Shown here in pieces: positions 9,011 to 18,082 of a DNA stretch of 33,326 nucleotides (within the stretch, counting starts at the first letter, position 1; every line of letters starts with the position of its first letter). The notes beneath the pieces were generated by a model. That model ran no database searches, had not been told where the DNA came from, and worked only from the letters and a program-made list of their open reading frames with translations. A program made the translations under genes and the position numbers. This stretch comes from an uncultured Thermococci archaeon (GTDB taxonomy: Archaea; Methanobacteriota_B; Thermococci; Thermococcales; Thermococcaceae): positions 1-33,326 of the forward strand of contig CAZAPD010000126.1 in the NCBI GenBank assembly GCA_964487115.1, in the 5' to 3' direction.

Positions 9011-9829
9011 TCATTTGAGTGCTATCCCCCACATTGAGATTAAATACTTCCTTGCAACAGCCACATAAATCATAGCTGGAAATGCCATTATAAACGCGGC
9101 AGCGAATTTATAATAATCTGGTGCGGTTTGCATCAGGGTTAACATTAATGCAGGCAATGTTCTATGACTGAATGTTAGAACTGAAGCCGCAAAGACTTCA
9201 TTCCATGAACCGACGAAGGTAAACATTGCCGCGGCGGCTAATCCGGGCAGGGCTAAGGGAAGGGTTATTTTGAGGAATGACTGAAATCTTGTAAGACCGA
9301 ATACCATACCTGCCTCTTCCAATTCCGCAGAGGTGCCTGCAAAAATACTTGCAGTTATCAGGACTACGAGTGGCAGGGCACCAGCACTGTGTGCAAGAGC
9401 AACACCAAGTCTGGTATCAATGAGGTGTAGTCTGATATAGAGCATTACCAATGGCACTGCCATTATTGGAACCGGGAATATCTTAAGGGCCAGCATTCCA
9501 AGCTTTATAGTATCTTTTCCCGGGAATATGAATCTTGCTATAGAATACCCGGCAGGTAGCCCAAGTGCAAAGCTAATTATTATTGCAAGAGTCGCTACAA
9601 TAACACTGTTTTTCAGGGCATTCCATCCACCAAGTGTAAAGAGCAGCATTTTAATGGTCTTTAATGTAAAGTGAAACGGAATTATTCTATGGGGGTTGTA
9701 GTACTCATCTGGGACTCCAAATGCATATAGTGTGGATACCAAAAGAGGCACACCCATCCATATTATAACAATGAAGATAAAGGTGTAAAATCCTATTTTT
9801 CTCAGTTCATGCATTGTTTTTTCGTTCAT
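9011..9829 (-). CDS. Carbohydrate ABC permease (MalG-like)
   Basis: Six TM segments, EAA-loop LEEAGMVFG and SWNE. Confidence 0.93.
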   Translation of the reverse strand: MNEKTMHELRKIGFYTFIFIVIIWMGVPLLVSTLYAFGVPDEYYNPHRIIPFHFTLKTIKMLLFTLGGWNALKNSVIVATLAIIISFALGLPAGYSIARFIFPGKDTIKLGMLALKIFPVPIMAVPLVMLYIRLHLIDTRLGVALAHSAGALPLVVLITASIFAGTSAELEEAGMVFGLTRFQSFLKITLPLALPGLAAAAMFTFVGSWNEVFAASVLTFSHRTLPALMLTLMQTAPDYYKFAAAFIMAFPAMIYVAVARKYLISMWGIALK

Positions 9830-10683
9830 CTTCTCACCTCCAGATATTCCGCTTTCGTTAGCTTCAGATAGACTATACCGATGGCCAAGGACATAATTGC
9901 AATTAGCAGTGCATAGAATGCTCCAACTCCGTAGTCTTTAATCTGTGTTACCTGGTAATATGCTTCTCCTGCTAATACTGGAATGTCTCTTCCAACAAGA
10001 ACCCATACAATTCCGAAGATGCTGAATGCGTATATCGTTCTTAGTAGGAGAGCAGTTTGGATGCTTGGTTTTAATAGAGGTATTATTATACGCCTTAATC
10101 TTGTCCAGTAGCCAGCACCGAATACTTCAGCCGCTTCAATGTACTCTTGGCTTATCATCTGTAATCCTGCCAGGACAATTACAAATATTGTGACGGTTGA
10201 TCTCCAAAGCTCGACAAACACTAACATAATGAATTCTCTCGTATGGAACTGGTATCCAAAAAGCTGGATAGGAGCATGGATCAAACCTAAATTCAACAAT
10301 AATTTATTCATAAATCCACTTGGGGAAAGGATTGAATACCAAATTAAACCTGCAGCAATATCACTTAATGTCATAGGAATTATAAGGAGGGTTAGTGCAA
10401 CGTTTCTTCCTTTAAATACTTTATTCATTGCCAACGCGAATATAAGAGCCAGTATTAGCTGGCTGGGAACAATTATAACGACTAAACCCAAGGTATTTTT
10501 CAAAGCTGGCCAGAAATAGTAATTGTTTATTGCTCTGTGTACTGTTGCGAGGGAAAACCCTCCATTTTCATAGAAAACAAGCTTGATACCTTCTATCATA
10601 GGATACCCAATGAATATGCCCAAATATATCAACGCGGGAGCGACTAAAAGATAGGGAACATATTTTGATACTTTCTTCGCCAT
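9826..10683 (-). CDS. Carbohydrate ABC permease (MalF-like)
   Basis: LAGLQ.I..EYIEAAEVFGA EAA loop and multiple TM segments. Confidence 0.93.
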   Translation of the reverse strand: MAKKVSKYVPYLLVAPALIYLGIFIGYPMIEGIKLVFYENGGFSLATVHRAINNYYFWPALKNTLGLVVIIVPSQLILALIFALAMNKVFKGRNVALTLLIIPMTLSDIAAGLIWYSILSPSGFMNKLLLNLGLIHAPIQLFGYQFHTREFIMLVFVELWRSTVTIFVIVLAGLQMISQEYIEAAEVFGAGYWTRLRRIIIPLLKPSIQTALLLRTIYAFSIFGIVWVLVGRDIPVLAGEAYYQVTQIKDYGVGAFYALLIAIMSLAIGIVYLKLTKAEYLEVRR

Positions 10684-10742
10684 CTAATGACCCCCTCCAG
10701 TTGTTAAGACTTAGTTTTTGGGCTGGAATGGTAGAATCTGAT

Positions 10743-10761
10743 AAAAATTAAAGAAAAATAA
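10743..10761 (-). terminator. Oligo-T terminator/attenuator after the binding-protein gene
   Basis: Minus strand TTATTTTTCTTTAATTTTT just after the stop, in the 86-nt gap between binding protein and permease. Confidence 0.5.
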
Positions 10762-10769
10762 GAGCCGCC

Positions 10770-12113
10770 TCATGGTAGCGGTACACCGGCTTCTTGGAAG
10801 AGTTTGTCCAACTGTGCGCCTATGTCCTTTGTCACTTGTTTGGGATCTTGTCCCTGAAGGACAATCCTTCTAAATGCCTCTTTATAGAGCTCTCCGAACT
10901 GCCCGCCGTATTTTCCGAGGTTTGGAATCATAACGACCAATGCATCTGATGTTGATTCTTGAGCTGCAACACCTTTTGCAAGTACTTTGAGTGGTCCTTC
11001 AGGTAGTTCTGCACTTGCTTCTTTAACAACTGGGAAGAAGCCTGTTTGTGCGAGTGTTTCTGCTTGGACTTTGGGTGTTGTCAGATAGTCTATGAGCTTC
11101 CATGCTGCATCCTTGTTTGGAGCTCCTTTCGGAATAGCCAGACCAGCAACAACTAATATGAAACCTCTGCCTTTTGGTCCTCTTGGAACTGGAACAACGA
11201 CAAACTTGTCAGGTTCTTTAGTTATCGCATCCTTGATTCTTGCGGTGTGGTCCCATGCAATCCACACATCCCCTCTTAGAAGAGGATCTGCCATTTCATC
11301 CCATGTTGTGCTTGAGGGGTTTACATACTGCCAGAGGTTCTTGAGGTAATCCCACATTTCAATGGCTTCCGGTGAATCAAACTTCTTGACTTCGTAACCG
11401 GTGTATGAGGGGTATAAATATCCATGTAAGAACCTGTGGAACAATCCCTTAACTGGGAATCCAACGAGCTTTTTACCTGTTTTCTCATATATATTCTTTG
11501 CCCACGCTAAGAATTCATCATATGTCCACTTGCTTGTGCCCTGCACAACATCCTGTTCAGTTAAGCCACTTGGCAGATACTTGAAAGCTTCTTTGTTGAC
11601 GACCATCACATAGGTAGCACTCATCCATGGGACATATACCTTCTTGCCTCTTATAACGGAGTATTTTTGGAAGGTTGAGATGAAGGTTCTTCCTTTAAGT
11701 GTGGGCATGTTGCTCAAGTCCATAAGCCAGCCCTGTGAGTCATAGTAATCCATAGCCCCATGGAGGTCTCCAACCAAGTCTATGGTAACTTTGCCACTCT
11801 TCTCTTCAGCTGCAAGTCTTGTGCTCAGATCAAAGTAACTTATCGGTATGAAGTCTACATCTATCCCGGTCTGCTTTTTGAAGCCCGGTAGAACTGTGTT
11901 GAGAATAAAGGCTCTCTCAGCAGGAGGAACTAACTGGGTTGAAGCCCATACTACTTTGCCACCTGCTTTACTGGTGGTTGTTGGGCTTGACGTTGTAGTT
12001 GTAGCTTTGCTGGAACTTGTGGTTGTAGTACCTCCACCACTTATACAACCGCTTGCCACTATTGCAAGTCCCAAAACACCAATTAAAAATAAACTCAGTA
12101 GTTTCCTGTTCAT
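10770..12113 (-). CDS. Sugar ABC substrate-binding lipoprotein; candidate glycosylglycerate binder
   Basis: Signal peptide with ASGC lipobox-like Cys and a T/S-rich linker. Motifs STQL.P, GDLHG, PWMSATY, WDHTAR and GPKGRG...AGLAIPKGAPN. RBS GGAGGTG. Confidence 0.92.
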   Translation of the reverse strand: MNRKLLSLFLIGVLGLAIVASGCISGGGTTTTSSSKATTTTSSPTTTSKAGGKVVWASTQLVPPAERAFILNTVLPGFKKQTGIDVDFIPISYFDLSTRLAAEEKSGKVTIDLVGDLHGAMDYYDSQGWLMDLSNMPTLKGRTFISTFQKYSVIRGKKVYVPWMSATYVMVVNKEAFKYLPSGLTEQDVVQGTSKWTYDEFLAWAKNIYEKTGKKLVGFPVKGLFHRFLHGYLYPSYTGYEVKKFDSPEAIEMWDYLKNLWQYVNPSSTTWDEMADPLLRGDVWIAWDHTARIKDAITKEPDKFVVVPVPRGPKGRGFILVVAGLAIPKGAPNKDAAWKLIDYLTTPKVQAETLAQTGFFPVVKEASAELPEGPLKVLAKGVAAQESTSDALVVMIPNLGKYGGQFGELYKEAFRRIVLQGQDPKQVTKDIGAQLDKLFQEAGVPLP

Positions 12114-12153
12114 GGAACGACACCTCCATACGTCAAAGCATATTTCACAAAGG

Positions 12154-12193
12154 GATATATAAGGTTTATGTCTTAAACCACTAAAAGTGGTTG
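12154..12193 (-). promoter_or_regulatory. Promoter of the ABC-TrmB-gck operon: TATA box plus palindromic operator candidate
   Basis: Minus-strand TTATATATC at 12154-12162. Perfect palindrome AACCACT-AAA-AGTGGTT at 12176-12192. Confidence 0.7.
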
Positions 12194-12224
12194 TTTTTAC
12201 AAAAATGTAAAAGAGGGCCTCAAG

Positions 12225-13238
12225 CTAAAGATCAACATGAACAACTTTTCCTTTGTTGGAGGATTCGTAGGCCGCCAACACAACAGCCAAATTCTTTTTG
12301 GCGTCTTCTCCGCTTATAGGCACTTCTTTGTCTTTCAAAACCGCCATCACGAAGTTATTCACTATCGCACTTACATCTGGTCTGTCCCAGTATATTTTCT
12401 CTGCCCTGTCTTGATATACAGTGAAATCCGGGTAGGCAGTTCTGACATCAAGGAACCCCTCTCTTCCCACGAGATAATACTTTATTTCAAGCCCGTAGGA
12501 GTATCCCTTTGGATTGCCCCATCCTGCTGTGAGGACTGCTAAAATTCCATTTTTGAACTCTAAAATTGCTGTCCCAATGTCATCAACAGGAAAACCATAT
12601 ATCTTTGCTCCAATGTCAGCGTAGACCTTTTTTGGAAGACTCTTCGTTATCCAGAGGAGGGAATCTATTCCATGTGGTGCTGTGTCCATGAAGCCTCCTC
12701 CACCAGATTTGTTGATATCTAAAAACCAGCTCATGTCAAGACCCTGAAGCAGTATGGGGGGTTTTACATTCTCAGATATTGCGTGAATGTACTCCAGCGT
12801 TCCAATTTCCCCTGCTTCTACCATGTCCTTTGCCTTGATAAGGGGTTCAGTAAAGCGGGGATTGAATGGGAGCATCAACTTTACATCGTTTCTCTCTGCT
12901 GCTTTTATCACCTCATCAGCATCCTTAAGGGTGAGGGCTATGGGCTTTTCAAGAAGTATATGTTTGCCTTCTTCAGCCGCTCTAATTGCGACTTCCTTAT
13001 GCCTGTAAGTCTCAATGGCAATATATACAGCTTCAATATTTTTGTCCTTCAAGAGTTCTTCATAATTCCTGTAGAATTTAGCTCCATACTTCTTTGCTTC
13101 TCCTTTGGCCACGTCTGGATTGGCACCATCTCCAGAGATAGCACAGAGTTTTGCCCTTCTACTTTGTGCTATAGTGGAAGCGTATCTGAGGGCATGGGGA
13201 TGGGCATAGCTTATTATTCCAAAATTAATCTTTTTCAT
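12225..13238 (-). CDS. Gfo/Idh/MocA oxidoreductase, variant N-terminus
   Basis: GKHILLEKP and GGG..D..PH. The nucleotide-binding loop reads GIISYAHPH instead of GxGxxG. Confidence 0.9.
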   Translation of the reverse strand: MKKINFGIISYAHPHALRYASTIAQSRRAKLCAISGDGANPDVAKGEAKKYGAKFYRNYEELLKDKNIEAVYIAIETYRHKEVAIRAAEEGKHILLEKPIALTLKDADEVIKAAERNDVKLMLPFNPRFTEPLIKAKDMVEAGEIGTLEYIHAISENVKPPILLQGLDMSWFLDINKSGGGGFMDTAPHGIDSLLWITKSLPKKVYADIGAKIYGFPVDDIGTAILEFKNGILAVLTAGWGNPKGYSYGLEIKYYLVGREGFLDVRTAYPDFTVYQDRAEKIYWDRPDVSAIVNNFVMAVLKDKEVPISGEDAKKNLAVVLAAYESSNKGKVVHVDL

Positions 13239-14245
13239 ACTCTCACCACCTCTCCACTTCTGGCACTTTCTTTAGCTTTTTCAGCAATTTTAAGTGCTAT
13301 TAGGGCATCATGTGCCGTAACAGTTGGTTCTTCGTCTTTTTTAATACATTTAAGGAAATGTCTTAGTTCTCTCTCAAAGGCATCTGGAAACGTTGAGAGC
13401 AGTGGTGAAAACCGTGGCATTTCAAAGTTTGCTTTTGCAACCCCCACAACAGGGGTGTCAAGAGGTGTATACCTTATTCTTCCGTTTCTCCCGATTATAT
13501 CAACATGATGGTAAAAAACTCCATATCTGGAGGGATAGGGATATGCCCAGCTTACTTCAGCTATACCGGTTTTTCCTCCTTCGAACTTTATCATCATGAC
13601 GAAGTGATCGAAAGTGTTGTTCACTTTGGCTTCCTTTTTTATAGCCTTTCCAGCTGCCAGCACTTCAACCGGCTCGCTATCGAAGAACCATCTGAGGAAA
13701 TCAGTTACATGAACTCCGAGGTCAAGGGCAACTCCACCACTCTTATTCTCATTCCAGTACCAGTAGTGTGCAGGGAAGGGAAGATTCTGAACCTCTGTTT
13801 TTCTTATATGCATTGGTAGGATGTTCCTTTTTCTAATCACATCTTTCATCTGAACCCATCTCTTGTCAAAACGCCTAACATGTCCAACAAAAAGCTTGAG
13901 CTCTTCTTTTTCAGCAGTTTTAATCATTTTCTCTGCTTCTTCAGTAGTTAGTGCTATAGGTTTCTCAACTATGACGTGTTTTCCAGCTTTTAGTGCTCTT
14001 ACAGCGATTTCTGCATGTGTGTATGTTGGGGTTAAAATCTCGACAATATCAAAATCCAGATCAAAAAACTCATCGAGATTCTGGAAAGCTTTGGCATTAA
14101 AGGCTTTAGCTCCTTCTCGGGCTCTTTCCTCATCTATGTCTGCGCATGCTACTACTCTAACGCTTTCTATGTTTTTTAAGGCTGGCTTATGGGCCAAGTT
14201 GAATATATTTCCACAGCCCACTACTCCGATTTTCAGCTCCTTCAT
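13235..14245 (-). CDS. Gfo/Idh/MocA oxidoreductase
   Basis: IGVVGCGNI, GKHVIVEKP and SGGVALDLGVH. ATG at 14245 has RBS GGGGA. Stop overlaps the next gene's start. Confidence 0.92.
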   Translation of the reverse strand: MKELKIGVVGCGNIFNLAHKPALKNIESVRVVACADIDEERAREGAKAFNAKAFQNLDEFFDLDFDIVEILTPTYTHAEIAVRALKAGKHVIVEKPIALTTEEAEKMIKTAEKEELKLFVGHVRRFDKRWVQMKDVIRKRNILPMHIRKTEVQNLPFPAHYWYWNENKSGGVALDLGVHVTDFLRWFFDSEPVEVLAAGKAIKKEAKVNNTFDHFVMMIKFEGGKTGIAEVSWAYPYPSRYGVFYHHVDIIGRNGRIRYTPLDTPVVGVAKANFEMPRFSPLLSTFPDAFERELRHFLKCIKKDEEPTVTAHDALIALKIAEKAKESARSGEVVRV

Positions 14246-14269
14246 GGGTATCCCCAAAGGGGGTGGGGC

Positions 14270-14316
14270 ACAAAAGATATATAACCCTTTCTAAAATAAA
14301 CCACTTTGGATGGTTG
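14270..14316. promoter_or_regulatory. Bidirectional TATA box with a second copy of the operator candidate
   Basis: GATATATAA at 14276-14284 has purine-rich BRE-like flanks on both strands. TAAACCACT-TTGGA-TGGTTG at 14297-14316. Confidence 0.65.
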
Positions 14317-14338
14317 CATTTGAAGAAGGTGAGGAAGC

Positions 14339-15481
14339 ATGAAGGTGATGGTTGGAATACCCAGCTACAACAATGGAGACACAATCTCCTTTGTGGTTGA
14401 GCAGGCAGCGAAAGGACTGAAGAAATACTTCGGCGGAGGCATAGTGGTCAACGCCGATGGTGGAAGTAAGGATAATACGAGAGAAGCTGTCCTGACTGCC
14501 AGAGTTCCTAACGGTGTTGAGGTAAGGAGTTTTATATATAGATGGCCGATTCCGGGCAAGGGCAGTGCTATGAAAGAGCTCATGGAAGTTGCGAGGGATG
14601 AAGGGGTTGATGCACTCGTTTTTGTTGACAGCGATTTGAGGAGTATAACTCCAGAGTGGATATATAAGTTTGCAAAGCCGATTGAGGAGGGTTATGACTT
14701 CGTTGCCCCTCTGTATATAAGGTATAAATGGGATGGCACAATAACCAATAACATCGCATACCCCATGACAGCATCGCTCTACGGCAAGAACATCAGACAG
14801 CCAATAGGAGGGGATTTTGGAGTCAGTGCTAAGCTTATAGATGTTTATCTTGAAGATGAAGATGTATGGAGAACTGATGTAGCCCGCTTTGGAGTTGATA
14901 TTTTCCTAACAACAACTGCTATAGCCAACAAATTTGAAGTAATTCAGACGGCACTTGGGCTGAAGATCCATGATCCTAAAGATCCTGCAGCTTCACTCGG
15001 TCCTATGTTCAATCAAGTGGTCGGAACATTGTTCATGCTTATGTTGAAGTATGAAGACGTATGGAAGGGGGTTAGAAATCTTGAGAATGTTCCTGTATGG
15101 GGGGAGCTGATTACAGGAGAACCCGAGCCTGTCAATGTGACATTGAGTCTCTTAAAGGAGAGAGCTCAGGAGTTGTTCAGAGAAAACGAGACAGTTCTGA
15201 AGAAAGTATTATCAGACGAAACTCTAAAGGGCGTTAGAGAAGCCCTGAAAACATTTGAGTTTGATGATGTCCTGTGGAGTCATGTGCTCTATGATGGTGC
15301 TGTGGCATACAAGAGAAATATGCTGAAAAATGCTGAACCACTTATACCGCTTTATTTTGCTAAAACTGCAGATTTCATTGAGAAAACAAAAGACATGAGC
15401 ACTCTTGAGGCTGAAAAATTGATAGAGACGAGGGCAAAGGTGTTCTTAGAGGAGAAAGACTACTTGTTACAACACTGGTAA
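14339..15481 (+). CDS. GT-A glycosyltransferase, glucosylglycerate/mannosylglycerate synthase-like (Ggs/Mgs)
   Basis: Motifs IPSYN, DGGSKD, PGKG, DSD (DxD), SITPEWI, DGTIT, RQPIGG and FGVD. From memory these parallel PGKG, DAD, DAMIT, QPLGG and WGID of Rhodothermus Mgs. Confidence 0.8.
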   Translation: MKVMVGIPSYNNGDTISFVVEQAAKGLKKYFGGGIVVNADGGSKDNTREAVLTARVPNGVEVRSFIYRWPIPGKGSAMKELMEVARDEGVDALVFVDSDLRSITPEWIYKFAKPIEEGYDFVAPLYIRYKWDGTITNNIAYPMTASLYGKNIRQPIGGDFGVSAKLIDVYLEDEDVWRTDVARFGVDIFLTTTAIANKFEVIQTALGLKIHDPKDPAASLGPMFNQVVGTLFMLMLKYEDVWKGVRNLENVPVWGELITGEPEPVNVTLSLLKERAQELFRENETVLKKVLSDETLKGVREALKTFEFDDVLWSHVLYDGAVAYKRNMLKNAEPLIPLYFAKTADFIEKTKDMSTLEAEKLIETRAKVFLEEKDYLLQHW

Positions 15482-15493
15482 TTCTCTCCACTT

Positions 15494-17041
15494 TTATTTT
15501 TTGAGTATCCTGCGAAAGATAACTATGATCACTCCAAGAATTATCAGAACTGCAAGCAGTTCTAATATTTTCGAAGATATGAGCTCTTTCACAGCTTTTG
15601 ATTCACGTATGGAGGTAGTAGTGTTGATAACGTGGAATGAGAGATTCTTTTGCAGGGTTTCATTACCTTTTTTTGCTACTATATAGAAAGTGATACTATT
15701 ATTCAAAACAACTTGTATCTCACCTTCTTTTGATTTAGCAAAATTTGAGGAGACTATATCCCCGTTTGTGTACCAATAGATTCTTGCTTTTTCATGCCGT
15801 CTAAGAACTTTTGTTGTTGCATTGCTCTTAAGGATGATATAGAGAGGTTCCTCAAATTTGGGATTTGAGGCTTTTATAAGTTTATAAATCATCCTCATCT
15901 TCTCCCAATTCACCGTTTTCCAGTCATTTAAGAATATTCCCCCTGTATCTCTGCTTTCTGGATTTAAACACCAATAAAAGAAATTGTAAATTCTTTTTCT
16001 TATGAGCCATTTAGAAAATTCATCCTGCCAGCTTCTATCAAGTCCCTTATAGGTACCACCCCATTCGCCGATGACTATAGTGTAGTTAAGTTCCCTGAGG
16101 TATCCAAAGTGGGTTTCCCAGATAGGGGGTAGATTATCGGGAAAGTTTTGGGATCTAAAATAATTCATCATATATACACTGGGGCCATAAACATGAGGGG
16201 AGTAAACTATTTTCTCCTTTGGTAACCTTACGGGGTATTTTCTCACTCCCATCAAATTTTCTCCCCAGAATGCCCACCATCTATTTTTCTTGATTACATC
16301 ATCGATATCTGGTACATGGGTATATTGAGTTCCTTCAATAAATATTAACCATTGAGGAGCAACTTTAAGTATCTCCCCTCCTACCCTCTCAGCAAATAAT
16401 CTGAAATCTGTTTTTTCATTTCCAGTTCCCCATGAAGCTTCATCATGAGGCTCGTTTTTTATGTCTGCTCCAATAACGTTATAGTACTTCCTAAATTTCT
16501 TTGCGAGAAAAACCCAGTCCGAGATATATTTCTCTTCAGGATAACTTTTTGTATGCCAAAGAGGTTCTATTTCCTTGCATCCGATACTATGGTAATCAAG
16601 GAGAACATAAAGATCGAGCTTTTCTGCTTCAACAATAATTTTCTCCATTACCTCCAAAGAGGTGAGATTTTTTAGGTCTGGATTGATATCATAGTTTATC
16701 CTATATGAATTTGGTCTTGCTCCATGTATTGTTTCACTGCAGAAAGGTAATCTTATAGCATTAAAACCCAGTTTCTTTACATCTAAAAGAATTTCACGCC
16801 AGTTTCTGTAATCTAAACCGTAGACTATATGATCTGAGGTTTCAAAACCAAACCAATTCACACCATGAATATAAATGGGTATTTTTTCTCCATTTGTTTT
16901 ATTTACCTGGTAAATGACCCCGTTTTCGGAGAAATAGGAAACCTCTGATTTTGAGTCAAAAATTTGGGAAGCCGCCACTGATTGTGACAGGGTAAGTATG
17001 ACCAAAAAAGCAATTACAAAGTAATGGAATGCTTTTCTCAT
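15494..17041 (-). CDS. GH5 endo-beta-1,4-glucanase, secreted and C-terminally membrane anchored
   Basis: GVNWFGFE, FNAIRLPF, acid/base KNEPH, YSPHVYGP and nucleophile IGEWGG. Signal peptide and C-terminal TM with basic tail. ATG 17041 has RBS GAGGGG. Confidence 0.92.
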   Translation of the reverse strand: MRKAFHYFVIAFLVILTLSQSVAASQIFDSKSEVSYFSENGVIYQVNKTNGEKIPIYIHGVNWFGFETSDHIVYGLDYRNWREILLDVKKLGFNAIRLPFCSETIHGARPNSYRINYDINPDLKNLTSLEVMEKIIVEAEKLDLYVLLDYHSIGCKEIEPLWHTKSYPEEKYISDWVFLAKKFRKYYNVIGADIKNEPHDEASWGTGNEKTDFRLFAERVGGEILKVAPQWLIFIEGTQYTHVPDIDDVIKKNRWWAFWGENLMGVRKYPVRLPKEKIVYSPHVYGPSVYMMNYFRSQNFPDNLPPIWETHFGYLRELNYTIVIGEWGGTYKGLDRSWQDEFSKWLIRKRIYNFFYWCLNPESRDTGGIFLNDWKTVNWEKMRMIYKLIKASNPKFEEPLYIILKSNATTKVLRRHEKARIYWYTNGDIVSSNFAKSKEGEIQVVLNNSITFYIVAKKGNETLQKNLSFHVINTTTSIRESKAVKELISSKILELLAVLIILGVIIVIFRRILKK

Positions 17042-17115
17042 TGTATCCCCCTCTTTGGACTCTCCAACTGATGATCCCACTCCCAGTGGTTATGGATGTC
17101 TCACGAGATTATCTT

Positions 17116-18078
17116 CTATTGCACAATATAACATGCCACCCAATGATCCTTCTCAACTTCAAGTAGTTCGGGTCTCTTCTTTTGACAAATTTCCATTTTC
17201 TTCGGACATCTGGGAGCATAGCGACAGCCATCTATTGCATAAATTCCTTTTTCCTCTTTTTCAGGTTTGATTCTTCTCTTAAGTTCCCACTTGACATTCA
17301 GATCGGGGACACTTTGAAGTAGCATCTGGGTGTATGGATGAAGAGGATTGTGGAAAACTTTTTTGATATCCCCCATCTCCACTATTGTTCCTCTGTACAT
17401 TATAATAGCCTTATCGCTTATGTAATATCCCAGGGATAAGTCATGAGTGATAAATAAAACTGACATGCCATATTTGTTTCTAAATTCTCCTAAGAGATTT
17501 AGAACACCTATCCTAACAGATGCATCGAGCATTGAGACTATTTCATCGGCAATCAAAAGCTCCGGACGTAAAATGAGTGCTCTGGCAAGTAACACTCTCT
17601 GAAGCTGTCCCCCACTTAGTTGGTGTGGATATTTTCCAAGAACATTTTTTGGATTAAGTTTAACGCTCCTTAGAGCCCCTTCTATGAGAGTATTTTGTCT
17701 TTCTCTATCTGCATCAGTGAGAAGATTTGTAAATATGATATCAAAGAGGTGATCTACTTTGTAGAGTGGATTTACACTGGAAAATGGATCTTGGAAGACT
17801 CCTTGAACATTTTGATAGTAGGCTTTGAGATTAACACCTTTTAGTTTAGATACATCCTGACCTCTGAATAAGATTTGTCCTGAAGTTGGAGTTAAAAGAC
17901 GTAGTATTAGTTTTCCGATAGTTGTTTTTCCACTTCCGCTCTCTCCAATCAGGGAAACAATTTCTCCTCTATTAATTGTAAAATTAACATTATCCACAGC
18001 CCTAATTTCAAAACCTTTTATAAAACCTGTTTTAAAGACCTTTGTAAGGTTTTTAACCTGTAATATTGCATTTTTCAC
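17116..18078 (-). CDS. Opp/Dpp-type ABC ATPase (OppF/CbtF-like)
   Basis: GESGSGKT, LSGGQ, HPYT and C-terminal C.YAPRC...C...VAC. GTG start 18078 with RBS GGGGGTGA. Confidence 0.93.
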   Translation of the reverse strand: MKNAILQVKNLTKVFKTGFIKGFEIRAVDNVNFTINRGEIVSLIGESGSGKTTIGKLILRLLTPTSGQILFRGQDVSKLKGVNLKAYYQNVQGVFQDPFSSVNPLYKVDHLFDIIFTNLLTDADRERQNTLIEGALRSVKLNPKNVLGKYPHQLSGGQLQRVLLARALILRPELLIADEIVSMLDASVRIGVLNLLGEFRNKYGMSVLFITHDLSLGYYISDKAIIMYRGTIVEMGDIKKVFHNPLHPYTQMLLQSVPDLNVKWELKRRIKPEKEEKGIYAIDGCRYAPRCPKKMEICQKKRPELLEVEKDHWVACYIVQ

Positions 18079-18082
18079 TATC

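Noticed and set aside
11968..12040. Low-complexity GTT/GTA/GGT tracts (also about 21125-21235 and 30485-30575)
   Set aside because: They encode the Thr/Ser linkers of binding proteins and are not independent repeats.
12195..12212. TTTTACA-AAAA-TGTAAAA palindrome as a second operator
   Set aside because: It is very AT-rich and more simply explained as the oligo-T terminator region of the upstream oxidoreductase operon.
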